From NCBI GenBank assembly GCA_029258245.1, contig JARHZK010000191.1:1-55755 (forward strand): 55,755 nucleotides of DNA, given 5' to 3'. Positions 8,611 to 17,607 of this stretch are shown here, piece by piece. The position numbers and the translations under genes were made by a program. Numbering within the stretch: the first letter of the stretch is position 1; each line of letters begins with the position of its first letter. Below the pieces are notes generated by a model. The model ran no database searches. It worked only from the letters and a program-made list of their open reading frames with translations, and had not been told where the DNA came from. Source of the DNA: Longicatena sp. GTDB taxonomy: Bacteria; Bacillota_I; Bacilli_A; Erysipelotrichales; Erysipelotrichaceae.

Positions 8611-10188
8611 ATGACAAAAAGACCAGTAGTATTAGTAGTAATGGATGGCGTTGGAATTAACGAAAGTGAATTTGGGAACGCTGTTAAGAAAGCATATAAA
8701 CCAACATTAGATGAATTATGGGAAACTTGTCCTCATACAGAAATCAAAGCACATGGTTTAGCAGTAGGTTTACCAAGTGATGGAGATATGGGAAATAGTG
8801 AAGTTGGACATAATGCATTAGGATGTGGACAAATTTATTCTCAAGGAGCTAAACTTGTTAACGAAAACATTGAATCAAAAGAAATTTTCAAAACAGATAC
8901 TTGGACTTCTTTAGTAAATAATTGTAAAGAAGGAACAATGCATTTTTTAGGATTGTTATCTGATGGAAATGTTCATTCACATATTAATCATTTAAAAGCA
9001 TTAATTGCTCAAGCAAAAGAAGATGGAGTAAAAGAAGTACGTGTACACGCATTATTAGATGGACGTGATGTTCCTGAAACAAGTGCATTAACATATGTTA
9101 GTGATATTGAAAACTTCATGGCTGATTTAAATGATGATAATTTCCATGCTTGTATCGCAAGTGGTGGTGGTCGTATGACAATTACTATGGACCGTTATGA
9201 AGCAAATTGGGCAATGGTTGAACAAGGATGGCATGTACATGTATTAGGTGAAGGTCGTCAATTCGCATCTGCAACAGAAGCGATTGAAACATATCGTAAT
9301 GAAACAGGTGTTGTTGATCAAGATTTACCTGGATTTGTTATCGCAAAAGATGGAAAACCAGTAGGTACAATCGAAGATGGTGACAGTGTTGTATTATTCA
9401 ACTTTAGAGGTGACCGTGCACAAGAAATTTCTTTAGCATTTGATGGAGATGAAAGTTTTGACAAATTTGATCGTGTAAGAATGCCTAAAGTTATGTATGC
9501 AGGTATGTTACAATATGATGCGGATTTAAATATTCCACATAATTATTTAACACAACCACCAAAAATCCAATATACATTAACAGAAGAATTATGCAAACAC
9601 GGAATTCGTGAATATGCAATTTCAGAAACTCAAAAATATGGACATGTTACATACTTCTGGAATGGAAACCGTTCAGGAAAAATTGACGAATCATTAGAAG
9701 AATATAAAGAAATTACTTCTGATGTAGTACCATTTGAACAACGTCCATGGATGAAATCTGCTGAAATCACAGATGAATTATGCGCAGCAATTACTTCAGG
9801 AAAATATGATTTCTTACGTACAAACTATCCAAATGGGGATATGGTTGGACATACAGGAAACTTTGAAGCAACTATTATCGGTGTAGAATCAGTTGATTTA
9901 CAATTAGCACGCATTAAAAAAGCTGTTGATTCAGTCAATGGTATTATGTTGGTAACAGCAGATCACGGTAATGCTGATGAAATGTATGAAAAGAAGAAAA
10001 AAGAAGATGCTCCATTAAAAGCGAAAACTTCACATACATTAAATAAAGTTCCATTTATTGTTTATGGTGCAGATGTTGAATTAAAACAAGATGATTCTTT
10101 AGGATTATCAAATGTTGCTGCAACTGTTGCAGATTTATTAGAAATTGCACCAAATGAACATTGGAATGAATCAATTATCAAAAAATAA
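8611..10188 (+). CDS. gpmI: 2,3-bisphosphoglycerate-independent phosphoglycerate mutase
   Basis: VLVVMDGVG, GNSEVGHNALGCG, LLSDGNVHSH, TADHGNAD motifs, and a length of about 525 aa. Confidence 0.92.
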   Translation: MTKRPVVLVVMDGVGINESEFGNAVKKAYKPTLDELWETCPHTEIKAHGLAVGLPSDGDMGNSEVGHNALGCGQIYSQGAKLVNENIESKEIFKTDTWTSLVNNCKEGTMHFLGLLSDGNVHSHINHLKALIAQAKEDGVKEVRVHALLDGRDVPETSALTYVSDIENFMADLNDDNFHACIASGGGRMTITMDRYEANWAMVEQGWHVHVLGEGRQFASATEAIETYRNETGVVDQDLPGFVIAKDGKPVGTIEDGDSVVLFNFRGDRAQEISLAFDGDESFDKFDRVRMPKVMYAGMLQYDADLNIPHNYLTQPPKIQYTLTEELCKHGIREYAISETQKYGHVTYFWNGNRSGKIDESLEEYKEITSDVVPFEQRPWMKSAEITDELCAAITSGKYDFLRTNYPNGDMVGHTGNFEATIIGVESVDLQLARIKKAVDSVNGIMLVTADHGNADEMYEKKKKEDAPLKAKTSHTLNKVPFIVYGADVELKQDDSLGLSNVAATVADLLEIAPNEHWNESIIKK

Positions 10189-10205
10189 TATTTATTTATA
10201 AATAT

Positions 10206-10241
10206 GAAAAAAGCTCTCTTTATGATGAAGAGAGTTTTTTT
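10206..10241. terminator. Bidirectional intrinsic terminator between gpmI and rarA
   Basis: AAAAAAG-CTCTCTT-TATGATG-AAGAGAG-TTTTTTT. Confidence 0.8.
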
Positions 10242-10254
10242 AGTATATGTAAAT

Positions 10255-11517
10255 TTATTTATTCTTTTTCTTTAAATATGCCAAATTGTTAGAACGTGGT
10301 ATATTTCGTAATTTTATTAAATTTTGAGCTAACACTTTTTCGTAAGATGAGTTTGTATTTGGCTCGTAAAAATGTTTATTTTTTAAATGATTTGGTAAAT
10401 ATTGTATTTGATTCCATAAATCTGGACGATTATAATCGTATTTATCTTCCTCATTCATTTGTACTGGAGTTAAACGTAGGTATTCAGGAACTTTATATGG
10501 AGTATGATGGATTGCCTCCATTGCAGCATCAATGGCATGTTCAGCACTTTTTGACTTAGGAGATAAACATAAATCAATGATAGCTAGAGCTAGAGGAATT
10601 CTACCTTCTGGAAAACCTACTCTTTTAGCAGCATCAATCGCATTTACACATCGAGCCACAGCTGCTGGATTTCCTAGACCAATATCTTCATATGCTGTAA
10701 CAAGTAATCTTCTTTCGATACTATCTAAGTCATTTGCTTCAATCATAATTCCTAAATAATAAAGAGCTGCATCTACATCACTACCACGAATTGATTTTTG
10801 AAAAGCACTTAAAACATCATAATATCCATCGCCATCTGCATCCATACTCATATTTGGAATAGATGAAAATTGATTTACTAAATCTTTGCTGATATGTCCT
10901 TCACTTGCAATTGCACAAATTTCTAAAATGTTTAAAGCATAACGAATATCTCCATTACTATGACGAGAAATAATATGTAAGGCATCATCATCAATGGTAA
11001 TATTATTATTAAAACCTTTTGAAGATTGAAGTGCATTACATAATGCTTGTTCAATGTCTTCCATGGTTAACTGTTTTACTTCAAACAGATGACAACGAGA
11101 ACGTATTGCAGGGTTAATTGCATGGAATGGATTACTAGTAGTAGCACCAATTAATGTAATATTACCATTTTCAACATGTGGTAATAATAAGTCTTGTTTA
11201 TCTTTGTTTAAGCGATGTACTTCATCTACGATTAAGATAAGACCTGGATATAATTTCGCTTCTGTAAAAATTTGTTCAAGTTCTTTTTTATTTCCAGTGA
11301 CTGCATTAAATATACGATAAGGCATATTTAATTCATTTGCTAAAACAGTCGCTAATGTAGTTTTTCCAGTTCCAGGAGGTCCAAAAAGAATCATAGAAAA
11401 AATACGACCTGCATTAATACATTTACGCAAGACTTTTCCTTCTCCAATTAAATGTTTTTGACCGATTACCTCAGATAATTTTTGAGGGCGCATACGAAAT
11501 GCTAATGGTTCTTGCAT
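10255..11517 (-). CDS. rarA: Replication-associated recombination protein A (AAA+ ATPase MgsA/RarA)
   Basis: PLAFRMRPQKLSEVIGQKHL, Walker A GPPGTGKTT, Walker B LIVDEVHR, and the C-terminal MgsA domain (YYDVLSAFQKSIRGSDVDAALYY). Confidence 0.9.
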   Translation of the reverse strand: MQEPLAFRMRPQKLSEVIGQKHLIGEGKVLRKCINAGRIFSMILFGPPGTGKTTLATVLANELNMPYRIFNAVTGNKKELEQIFTEAKLYPGLILIVDEVHRLNKDKQDLLLPHVENGNITLIGATTSNPFHAINPAIRSRCHLFEVKQLTMEDIEQALCNALQSSKGFNNNITIDDDALHIISRHSNGDIRYALNILEICAIASEGHISKDLVNQFSSIPNMSMDADGDGYYDVLSAFQKSIRGSDVDAALYYLGIMIEANDLDSIERRLLVTAYEDIGLGNPAAVARCVNAIDAAKRVGFPEGRIPLALAIIDLCLSPKSKSAEHAIDAAMEAIHHTPYKVPEYLRLTPVQMNEEDKYDYNRPDLWNQIQYLPNHLKNKHFYEPNTNSSYEKVLAQNLIKLRNIPRSNNLAYLKKKNK

Positions 11518-11608
11518 AGAATCACTTCACTTTCTAAAAATGTAACTATAATTATATCATAAATATACTAGTTTCCTATTTATTATACGTATATTTTAAA
11601 GCTAACTT

Positions 11609-11624
11609 TTGTTCTTAAGAACAA
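11609..11624. promoter_or_regulatory. Perfect 16-bp palindrome TTGTTCTTAAGAACAA, candidate operator
   Basis: Perfect inverted repeat in the rarA upstream intergenic region. It shares the 11-mer GTTCTTAAGAA with the perR promoter region (14319-14329). Confidence 0.35.
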
Positions 11625-11865
11625 TTTGTTTCAATAATATTAATTTTTATATTATTTATTGAAAATAAATATATCTATGATATATTTAAATTAAATAGAG
11701 TACAAATATATTTCGTAATATATATACGTGTTCGTTTATTATTAATTTTATTTTCTAGACCAAAGAATAATTTATAAATCTTATAGAGTTCATTCAATCT
11801 GCATCAGTTTTAATATAATCTCAACAAATTAAGCATTATTATATAGGGATAAGGAGGAAAATTAT

Positions 11866-12474
11866 ATGCTTTTTGAACGTAAAAGAAGAATTAAAAATAA
11901 GATTCAGCAATTAGATGAAGATAGAACTAATTTATTTGATAAGTACTTTTATTTATTATGGTATCAAAACATTAATACTTATCAATTAATAGAACTAAAA
12001 GAATAATTACTAGATCAAATACTTGAAAAAGAAAATATATCAGATATAGAATGTAAATCAATCTATAATCATTTTAATGAAATTGCATTACATCAATCTT
12101 GGTTAGAAAAAATTTAAAAATTTTTAACACCTATATGTTTTGTAGTATTTTTGATTTCAGTCTTCAACTTTATTGTTTCGTCAGATGTATTAGGGGGATA
12201 TATAAATGGGCATGATATATTTTTGTTTTTTTCTATACCAGTGTTTATGCTTGCTTTAAGAGAATCTAATTATTCCAAATTAACACACAATAAATCAAAA
12301 AAGAAATATATATTATATGGGATTTGTATAATTCTCATTTTTATTCCATTTGATGATATAATGATTCCTTATACAGCTTTTACAATCATTATGGTTCTTT
12401 GTATTGTTGTTGCTATTACCTATTACGTAATTGAATTTGCTTTGTATAAAAGAAATAAAAAAATTATGAATTAA
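11866..12474 (+). pseudogene. Membrane protein gene interrupted by two in-frame TAA codons (alternatively a 46-aa ORF plus a 107-aa membrane ORF)
   Basis: RBS AAGGAGG precedes the ATG at 11866. The segments 11866-12003, 12007-12114 and 12118-12474 are all in one frame, separated only by TAA at 12004-12006 and 12115-12117. The C-terminal part is predicted to span the membrane several times. Confidence 0.45.
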
Positions 12475-12480
12475 TGGATT

Positions 12481-12512
12481 GTCCCTTTACGAATGAGTAA
12501 GGGAACTTTTTT
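12481..12512 (+). terminator. Intrinsic terminator
   Basis: GTCCCTTTAC-GAATGA-GTAAGGGAAC (bulged stem) followed by T6. Confidence 0.7.
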
Positions 12513-12581
12513 AAACACTAAATTATATTATTAACTTATAGAACATGATATACTTGTTTTTGGAAATGAGATGAAATTAGT

Positions 12582-13160
12582 ATGAAAAAAGATAATTTAT
12601 TATGGCTATTATTTAAAGAATGTTTCTTATTATCAATGTTCACATTTGGTGGAGGATATGTCATTATAGCATTAATGAAGAAAAAATTTGTAGATGAATT
12701 ACATTTATTAAAAGAAGATGAAATATTAGATATTACAACCATTGCTCAAAGTGGACCTGGAGCAGTTGCAGTAAATGCATCATTATTAGTTGGATATAAA
12801 ATTAAAGGTTTTAAAGGAGCACTAACTTGTGTTATTGCAACCATATTGCCACCCATGTTAATTTTAACAGCTATTTCGTATTTCTATGATCAATTCATTC
12901 ATAATATATTGATTCGTAATATTTTAAACTGTATGACAGCAGTTGTTGCGGCAGTTATATTAGATATTGTATTTGGTATGTTAATGGGAATTGTAAAAGA
13001 GAAAAAGATATCACAGTATAGTAGTCTTTCATTAGCAATCATCTTTGTGTTTGTGATTAAAATAGATATTATTTATTTAATATTTATGGGAATTGGATTG
13101 GGTATTATTTATACCATTATAGAAAGTAAAAGAGGTGTAGATGATGACGCTATTAATTAA
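12582..13160 (+). CDS. Chromate transporter family protein (first half of a split ChrA pair)
   Basis: FTFGGGYVIIALMKKKFVDE...AQSGPGAVAVNAS is the CHR family signature. A second CHR-domain gene overlaps it immediately downstream. Confidence 0.8.
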   Translation: MKKDNLLWLLFKECFLLSMFTFGGGYVIIALMKKKFVDELHLLKEDEILDITTIAQSGPGAVAVNASLLVGYKIKGFKGALTCVIATILPPMLILTAISYFYDQFIHNILIRNILNCMTAVVAAVILDIVFGMLMGIVKEKKISQYSSLSLAIIFVFVIKIDIIYLIFMGIGLGIIYTIIESKRGVDDDAIN

Positions 13161-13686
13161 ACTATTTACTAACTTTTTCTATATTGGTATGTTATCGTTT
13201 GGTGGTGGAATGAGTGCTATTCCTTTAGTAGAACAAGTAATTGTAAATGGAAATCATTGGTTAACGTATGATGAATTTGCAAGTTTAATTACAATTGCAG
13301 AAATGACCCCTGGACCAATTGCAGTTAATTCAGCAAGTTTTGTAGGTGTTCGATTAGCAGGACCTATTGGAACAATCGTTGCAACAATTGGAGTGGTTAC
13401 ACCATCGATTATTATTGTTGGATGTTTAGCATATTTTTTGTTTAAAAACAAAGATATAAAGATTGTCAAAAATATTTTGGCATTATTGCGACCATTTATT
13501 ATTTGTTTAATTTTATCAGCAGGGTTAAAAATATTAGGATTAGCACTTTTTAAAGAAAATGTAGATCTTGTAAATGGTATTGTGTTTATCGTATCTTTTA
13601 TATTGTTGAGATATGCAAAAATGAGCCCTATTAAAGTAATGCTAATCGTAGGTATTACGAGTGGTATTATTACTACATTTATATAA
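13141..13686 (+). CDS. Chromate transporter family protein (second half of a split ChrA pair)
   Basis: LSFGGGMSAIPLVEQ...AEMTPGPIAVNSASFVG. It overlaps the upstream gene by 20 nt. Confidence 0.8.
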   Translation: MMTLLIKLFTNFFYIGMLSFGGGMSAIPLVEQVIVNGNHWLTYDEFASLITIAEMTPGPIAVNSASFVGVRLAGPIGTIVATIGVVTPSIIIVGCLAYFLFKNKDIKIVKNILALLRPFIICLILSAGLKILGLALFKENVDLVNGIVFIVSFILLRYAKMSPIKVMLIVGITSGIITTFI

Positions 13687-13696
13687 TTAGAGAAAG

Positions 13697-13733
13697 CCTC
13701 ATATAGATTTTATATTTATATGGGGTTTTGTTT
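13697..13733 (+). terminator. Intrinsic terminator
   Basis: CCTCATATA...TATATGGGG hairpin followed by TTTTGTTT. Confidence 0.65.
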
Positions 13734-13786
13734 GTATTTTAATTTTATTTAGAGTATTCTTTAGGTAAGAAGAGAGGATGATTGAA

Positions 13787-14263
13787 ATGTTTCGTATTGG
13801 ACAATCGAGTGATATTCATCAATTGGTGGCAAATAGAAAATTAATATTAGGTGGAGTGGAAATTCCACATGAAAAAGGATTATTAGGACATTCCGATGCA
13901 GATGCTTTATTGCATGCAATTGCAGAAAGTATTTTAGGAGCATTAGCTTTGGGTGATTTAGGAAAACATTTTCCAGATACTTCTGATGAATTTAAAGATA
14001 TGAATTCATTGTGGATGCTAAAGGAAGTATATAAGATGATGGATCAACATGGATATGAAATTCAAAACTTGGATGCACTTATTATGATTGAAAAACCGAA
14101 AATGGCTCCTCATATTTTAAAAATGAGAGAAAATGTAGCAAATGCTTTACATTGTGATCTTACACAAGTCAGTATTAAGGCTACTAGAGGAGAAAAATTA
14201 GGATTTGTGGGAAAAGAAGAAGGAGTACAAGCACAATGTATTGTGTTATTAAAAAGAAAGTAA
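13787..14263 (+). CDS. ispF: 2-C-methyl-D-erythritol 2,4-cyclodiphosphate synthase
   Basis: MFRIGQSSDIHQL..., GHSDADALLHAI, LGDLGKHFPD and ATRGEKLGFVG motifs. The ATG at 13787 is better spaced from GAGAGG than the track start at 13778. Confidence 0.9.
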   Translation: MFRIGQSSDIHQLVANRKLILGGVEIPHEKGLLGHSDADALLHAIAESILGALALGDLGKHFPDTSDEFKDMNSLWMLKEVYKMMDQHGYEIQNLDALIMIEKPKMAPHILKMRENVANALHCDLTQVSIKATRGEKLGFVGKEEGVQAQCIVLLKRK

Positions 14264-14329
14264 GAATTATTCTTAATTTCTGTTGACAAATAGAAAATTA
14301 AGATATATACTAAGAATGGTTCTTAAGAA
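14261..14329 (+). promoter_or_regulatory. perR-rbr promoter flanked by two Fur-family (PerR-type) 7-1-7 boxes
   Basis: TAAGAAT-T-ATTCTTA (14261-14275, perfect) and TAAGAAT-G-GTTCTTA (14311-14325, one mismatch) bracket TTGACA (14283-14288), a 17-nt spacer and TATACT (14306-14311). Confidence 0.6.
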
Positions 14330-14341
14330 AGGAGCTGGGAC

Positions 14342-14731
14342 ATGAAATACAAATCATCAAAACAAAGAGATATGATTATGAATTATTTACAACAAATTCA
14401 TGGACATGTATCAGCAGAAGAGATTTTCAAGAACATGAATAATGATGGACAAAAAATAAGTTTGGCAACAGTATATAGAAATTTAAATATACTATGTGAA
14501 ATGAATGAAATAAGAAAAATTGCCCATCCTGTAGACGGTTATCAATATGATAAAACAAGTCGACCACATTACCATATGCATTGTGTGAAATGTGATAGTA
14601 TTATTGATTTAGAAGCTCCTTATAGGGAAGAGTTGAACAAAATACTAGAAAAAGATAGTGATGTTAAAATTCTTTCACACAATATTATGGCAGAAGGTAT
14701 TTGTAAAGATTGTTTAAAAAAGGAAAGTTAA
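14342..14731 (+). CDS. perR: Fur-family transcriptional repressor, peroxide-stress type (PerR-like)
   Basis: 129 aa. There is a winged-helix N-terminus ([13 protein letters not shown]), HxH-type metal ligands (HYHMHC) and two CxxC pairs (CVKC, CKDC). It lies directly upstream of rubrerythrin. Confidence 0.8.
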   Translation: MKYKSSKQRDMIMNYLQQIHGHVSAEEIFKNMNNDGQKISLATVYRNLNILCEMNEIRKIAHPVDGYQYDKTSRPHYHMHCVKCDSIIDLEAPYREELNKILEKDSDVKILSHNIMAEGICKDCLKKES

Positions 14732-14748
14732 AATTGGAGGAAAATAAC

Positions 14749-15288
14749 ATGGAATTAAAAGGATCAAAAACAGAACAAAATTTAATGGCAGCATTCGCTG
14801 GAGAAAGTCAAGCACGTAACAAATATACATATTTTGCTGAAATGGCACGTCAAGAAGGTATGGAACAAATCGCAGATATTTTTGAAGAAACTGCACGTAA
14901 TGAACAAGAACATGCTAAATTATGGTTTAAAGCATTAAATGGAGATAAAATTCCTACAACTGTTGAAAACTTAGTTGCAGCAGCTGAAGGTGAAAACTAT
15001 GAGTGGACTGATATGTATAAAGGATTCGCAGAAACTGCAAAAGCAGAAGGATTCCAAAAAATTGCATTCCAAATGGAACAAGTTGCTAAAATTGAAAAAC
15101 ACCATGAAGAAAGATATTTAAAATTATTAGAAAATGTTAAAAATGGAAAAGTTTTCGAAAAAGAAGAACCTACAGTTTGGGTTTGTGATATTTGTGGATA
15201 TCGTTATGAAGGAGTATCTGCTCCAAAAGCTTGCCCAGTATGTGGATATTCTGGTGCTCACTTTGCTGAAGAAGCAAATAATTTCTAA
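14749..15288 (+). CDS. rbr: Rubrerythrin
   Basis: [26 protein letters not shown] ferritin-like diiron domain with ExxH motifs, and a C-terminal rubredoxin fold (CDICG...CPVCG). The ATG at 14749 follows GGAGG. Confidence 0.9.
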   Translation: MELKGSKTEQNLMAAFAGESQARNKYTYFAEMARQEGMEQIADIFEETARNEQEHAKLWFKALNGDKIPTTVENLVAAAEGENYEWTDMYKGFAETAKAEGFQKIAFQMEQVAKIEKHHEERYLKLLENVKNGKVFEKEEPTVWVCDICGYRYEGVSAPKACPVCGYSGAHFAEEANNF

Positions 15289-15313
15289 TTAAATACATAG
15301 AATATTAATAATA

Positions 15314-15350
15314 AAAAGGATATGTAACGACAAGATACATATCCTTTCTT
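15314..15350 (+). terminator. Intrinsic terminator of rbr
   Basis: AGGATATGTA-ACGACAAGA-TACATATCCT followed by TTCTT. Confidence 0.75.
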
Positions 15351-15362
15351 ATGTAGTATTAG

Positions 15363-15462
15363 TAAAAAAAAGAGTTGGTGCTATCTATTCTAGTTTTGGG
15401 TAAGAATCATTAATTTACTATATGGGTGGGGGAAGAAGTAAATTAATAAGATAGCATCAACA
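15363..15462 (-). ncRNA. Candidate trans-acting small RNA of about 100 nt with a C-rich loop (three-way junction plus U-tract)
   Basis: Read on the minus strand, a 13-bp closing stem (15374-15386/15449-15461) encloses two hairpins. One is UUAAUUUACU-[UCUUCCCCCACCCAUAU]-AGUAAAUUAA and the other is AUUCU-[UACCCAAAACU]-AGAAU. The fold ends in U8 (15364-15371). A promoter lies just upstream. Confidence 0.45.
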
Positions 15463-15467
15463 TGTAT

Positions 15468-15496
15468 AATATAACTTATTTATTCATAGAAATCAA
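15468..15496 (-). promoter_or_regulatory. Putative sigma-A promoter of the candidate small RNA
   Basis: On the minus strand: TTGATT (15496-15491), a 17-nt spacer, then TATATT (15473-15468). The -10 element ends about 7 nt before the closing stem. Confidence 0.45.
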
Positions 15497-15650
15497 TAAT
15501 TTTTAGTAGAATTAGAAATATGAATTTTATTTAATTCTAAAATGAATTAAATTTCTTATTTCATTAAATTATAATCATTCATAATATAAATCGACTTGTA
15601 TTTGTATATATAATTAGTATAATAAAGAAAATCTTAAAGGATGTGAAATT

Positions 15651-16931
15651 ATGATACAAGAAGAAATATTTTTTGATTTGTCATTATTATCTTATTTTAA
15701 TTGTTATCAACTAGGAAATAGTGTATATGAGTTTATTGAAGAAATTTTAAACGATGAAAAATTATATCATGATTATGAATCGCTTGATTATTTTTTGATG
15801 AATTTAGAACTAGTGAAGAATATAGATAAAGAAAAATATAAAGATATTTATATTCGTAATTATGTAGATGATAATGCAAAAAGTGGAGTAGTATTCTATG
15901 TGTTCGAAACAAAAGAACAATTAATATTTGCATTTCGAGGAAGTGAACCTTTGGATGATATAGATCATACTACAGCATGGCAAGATTGGTCAGATAATTT
16001 TCGAATGTTTTTACCAGAACCTACATATCAACAAATTTATACACTTCATCTTTTGCAATCTATGAAAATTGATAAGCCGTTTTCTATGACAGGACATTCG
16101 AAAGGAGGCAATCTTGCTTTATATTGTGCTTTAACTATGCGACAAGATTTATTGAATCAACTTCAACAAGTTGTCTCCTTTAATGCACCGGGTATTACCA
16201 AGGAAATATTTGAATTATATAAAGATAGAAGAGAAACAATAGAGTTTCAAAATAAGTTAACCATATTTGAAAATGAAAATGATTGTGTATCCTCCTTTTT
16301 TGAACATTTAAAAGAACCAATTTATATTCAATCATCATTAAGTTGTAATAATTTAGAACAACTTTATCATAATCATAATTTATATGGAATGAAAGATTTT
16401 CGTAATCATGAATATCAAATTGTCAATAAAAAGACTGCAGTACCAATGGCTATATATTATTTTATTAATAACTTTTTTGTGAATTTAAAAGCATCTCATT
16501 TACAAAATTTAGTAACAAGAATGGATGATTACTTTGATAGTGATTTATCTATGTTTGAACTGTATCGTGTATTTATTTATCATATTAGTAAATATACAAA
16601 TTTATTTGAAGATATTGATTATGAAGAAGTTAAAACGATAACATTTCAAGATTTAATTGAAAGAAGAAAATCGAAAGTTATCTTAGATAAAGTGAAGCAA
16701 ATACAACCCAAAGATGCAATTAAAAAAGCTGTAGATGCAGTGAATGATATTGATATTCACAAAATAACACATGCAGTAATTAATAATTATGAATTATTAG
16801 TAAATAAAACATCACAAAATATTCAAGATTTGATTGCACAAAATAATGATATGATTCGTCATACAATTGAAGAAATACGACAACGAACAAAAAGAGTTGG
16901 AACTGCAGATAAAGAAGACTACTTGCATTGA
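15651..16931 (+). CDS. Mbeg1-like / DUF2974 alpha/beta-hydrolase (lipase-like) protein
   Basis: FAFRGSEP...WQDWSDNF and the nucleophile elbow GHSKGGNLALYCAL are typical of the DUF2974 family. The C-terminal extension is helical. Confidence 0.65.
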   Translation: MIQEEIFFDLSLLSYFNCYQLGNSVYEFIEEILNDEKLYHDYESLDYFLMNLELVKNIDKEKYKDIYIRNYVDDNAKSGVVFYVFETKEQLIFAFRGSEPLDDIDHTTAWQDWSDNFRMFLPEPTYQQIYTLHLLQSMKIDKPFSMTGHSKGGNLALYCALTMRQDLLNQLQQVVSFNAPGITKEIFELYKDRRETIEFQNKLTIFENENDCVSSFFEHLKEPIYIQSSLSCNNLEQLYHNHNLYGMKDFRNHEYQIVNKKTAVPMAIYYFINNFFVNLKASHLQNLVTRMDDYFDSDLSMFELYRVFIYHISKYTNLFEDIDYEEVKTITFQDLIERRKSKVILDKVKQIQPKDAIKKAVDAVNDIDIHKITHAVINNYELLVNKTSQNIQDLIAQNNDMIRHTIEEIRQRTKRVGTADKEDYLH

Positions 16932-16982
16932 TTATGAAAGTATAGTATTCTAATAGTAGAATATAAAGAAAGAAGGAATTTT

Positions 16983-17537
16983 ATGCCTTTAAAACACGCA
17001 ATTTTAGGGTTGTTAAATTATACAGATATGACTGGATATGATATTGATCGTTATTTTAAATCTAGTATTGCCTTTTTTTGGCACGTTCAAACGTCACAAG
17101 TATATAAAGAATTAAATACATTAACAGCAAATAATTGGCTTGAATCTGATATTGTATATCAAAGTGATAAACCAAATAAAAAAGTGTTTCATATTACGGA
17201 AGAAGGAAAAATTGAATTACATCGTTGGTTAGAAGATGCAGATTTAACAGAAATTATGAAATATAAAAATCCATTATTAGTAAAGATATTTTTCTCTAGT
17301 GAGGTTAGTGTAGATCAAACCATGCGATTATTGAATAAGTATATCGAAGAGTGTACATTGATTATAGAAAAGATGAATGTTGATTTAAATAAGATTCCTG
17401 ATTTTGAGTCAAAAATACATAAAGATAATGAATCTTTTTATTGGAGTATGACAATGACCTATGGATTTATGTATTATCAAAATGAAATAAAATGGGCAAA
17501 TTGGTGTATTGATAAATTAAAAGAAAAAATTGAATAA
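16983..17537 (+). CDS. PadR-family transcriptional regulator
   Basis: LKHAILGLLNYTDMTGYDIDRYFKSSIAFFWHVQTSQVYKELNTL winged-helix N-terminus plus a PadR C-terminal dimerisation domain. Confidence 0.8.
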   Translation: MPLKHAILGLLNYTDMTGYDIDRYFKSSIAFFWHVQTSQVYKELNTLTANNWLESDIVYQSDKPNKKVFHITEEGKIELHRWLEDADLTEIMKYKNPLLVKIFFSSEVSVDQTMRLLNKYIEECTLIIEKMNVDLNKIPDFESKIHKDNESFYWSMTMTYGFMYYQNEIKWANWCIDKLKEKIE

Positions 17538-17553
17538 TAAAAAAAGCATCCTT

Positions 17554-17581
17554 TTGACATCGAAATAATTAGTGTTATAAT
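17554..17581 (+). promoter_or_regulatory. Near-consensus sigma-A promoter with extended -10
   Basis: TTGACA (17554-17559), a 16-nt spacer, then TGT-TATAAT (17573-17581). It lies 27 nt upstream of ORF 17608. Confidence 0.65.
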
Positions 17582-17607
17582 ACACTATAAATAAGGGGTG
17601 TTGTAAT

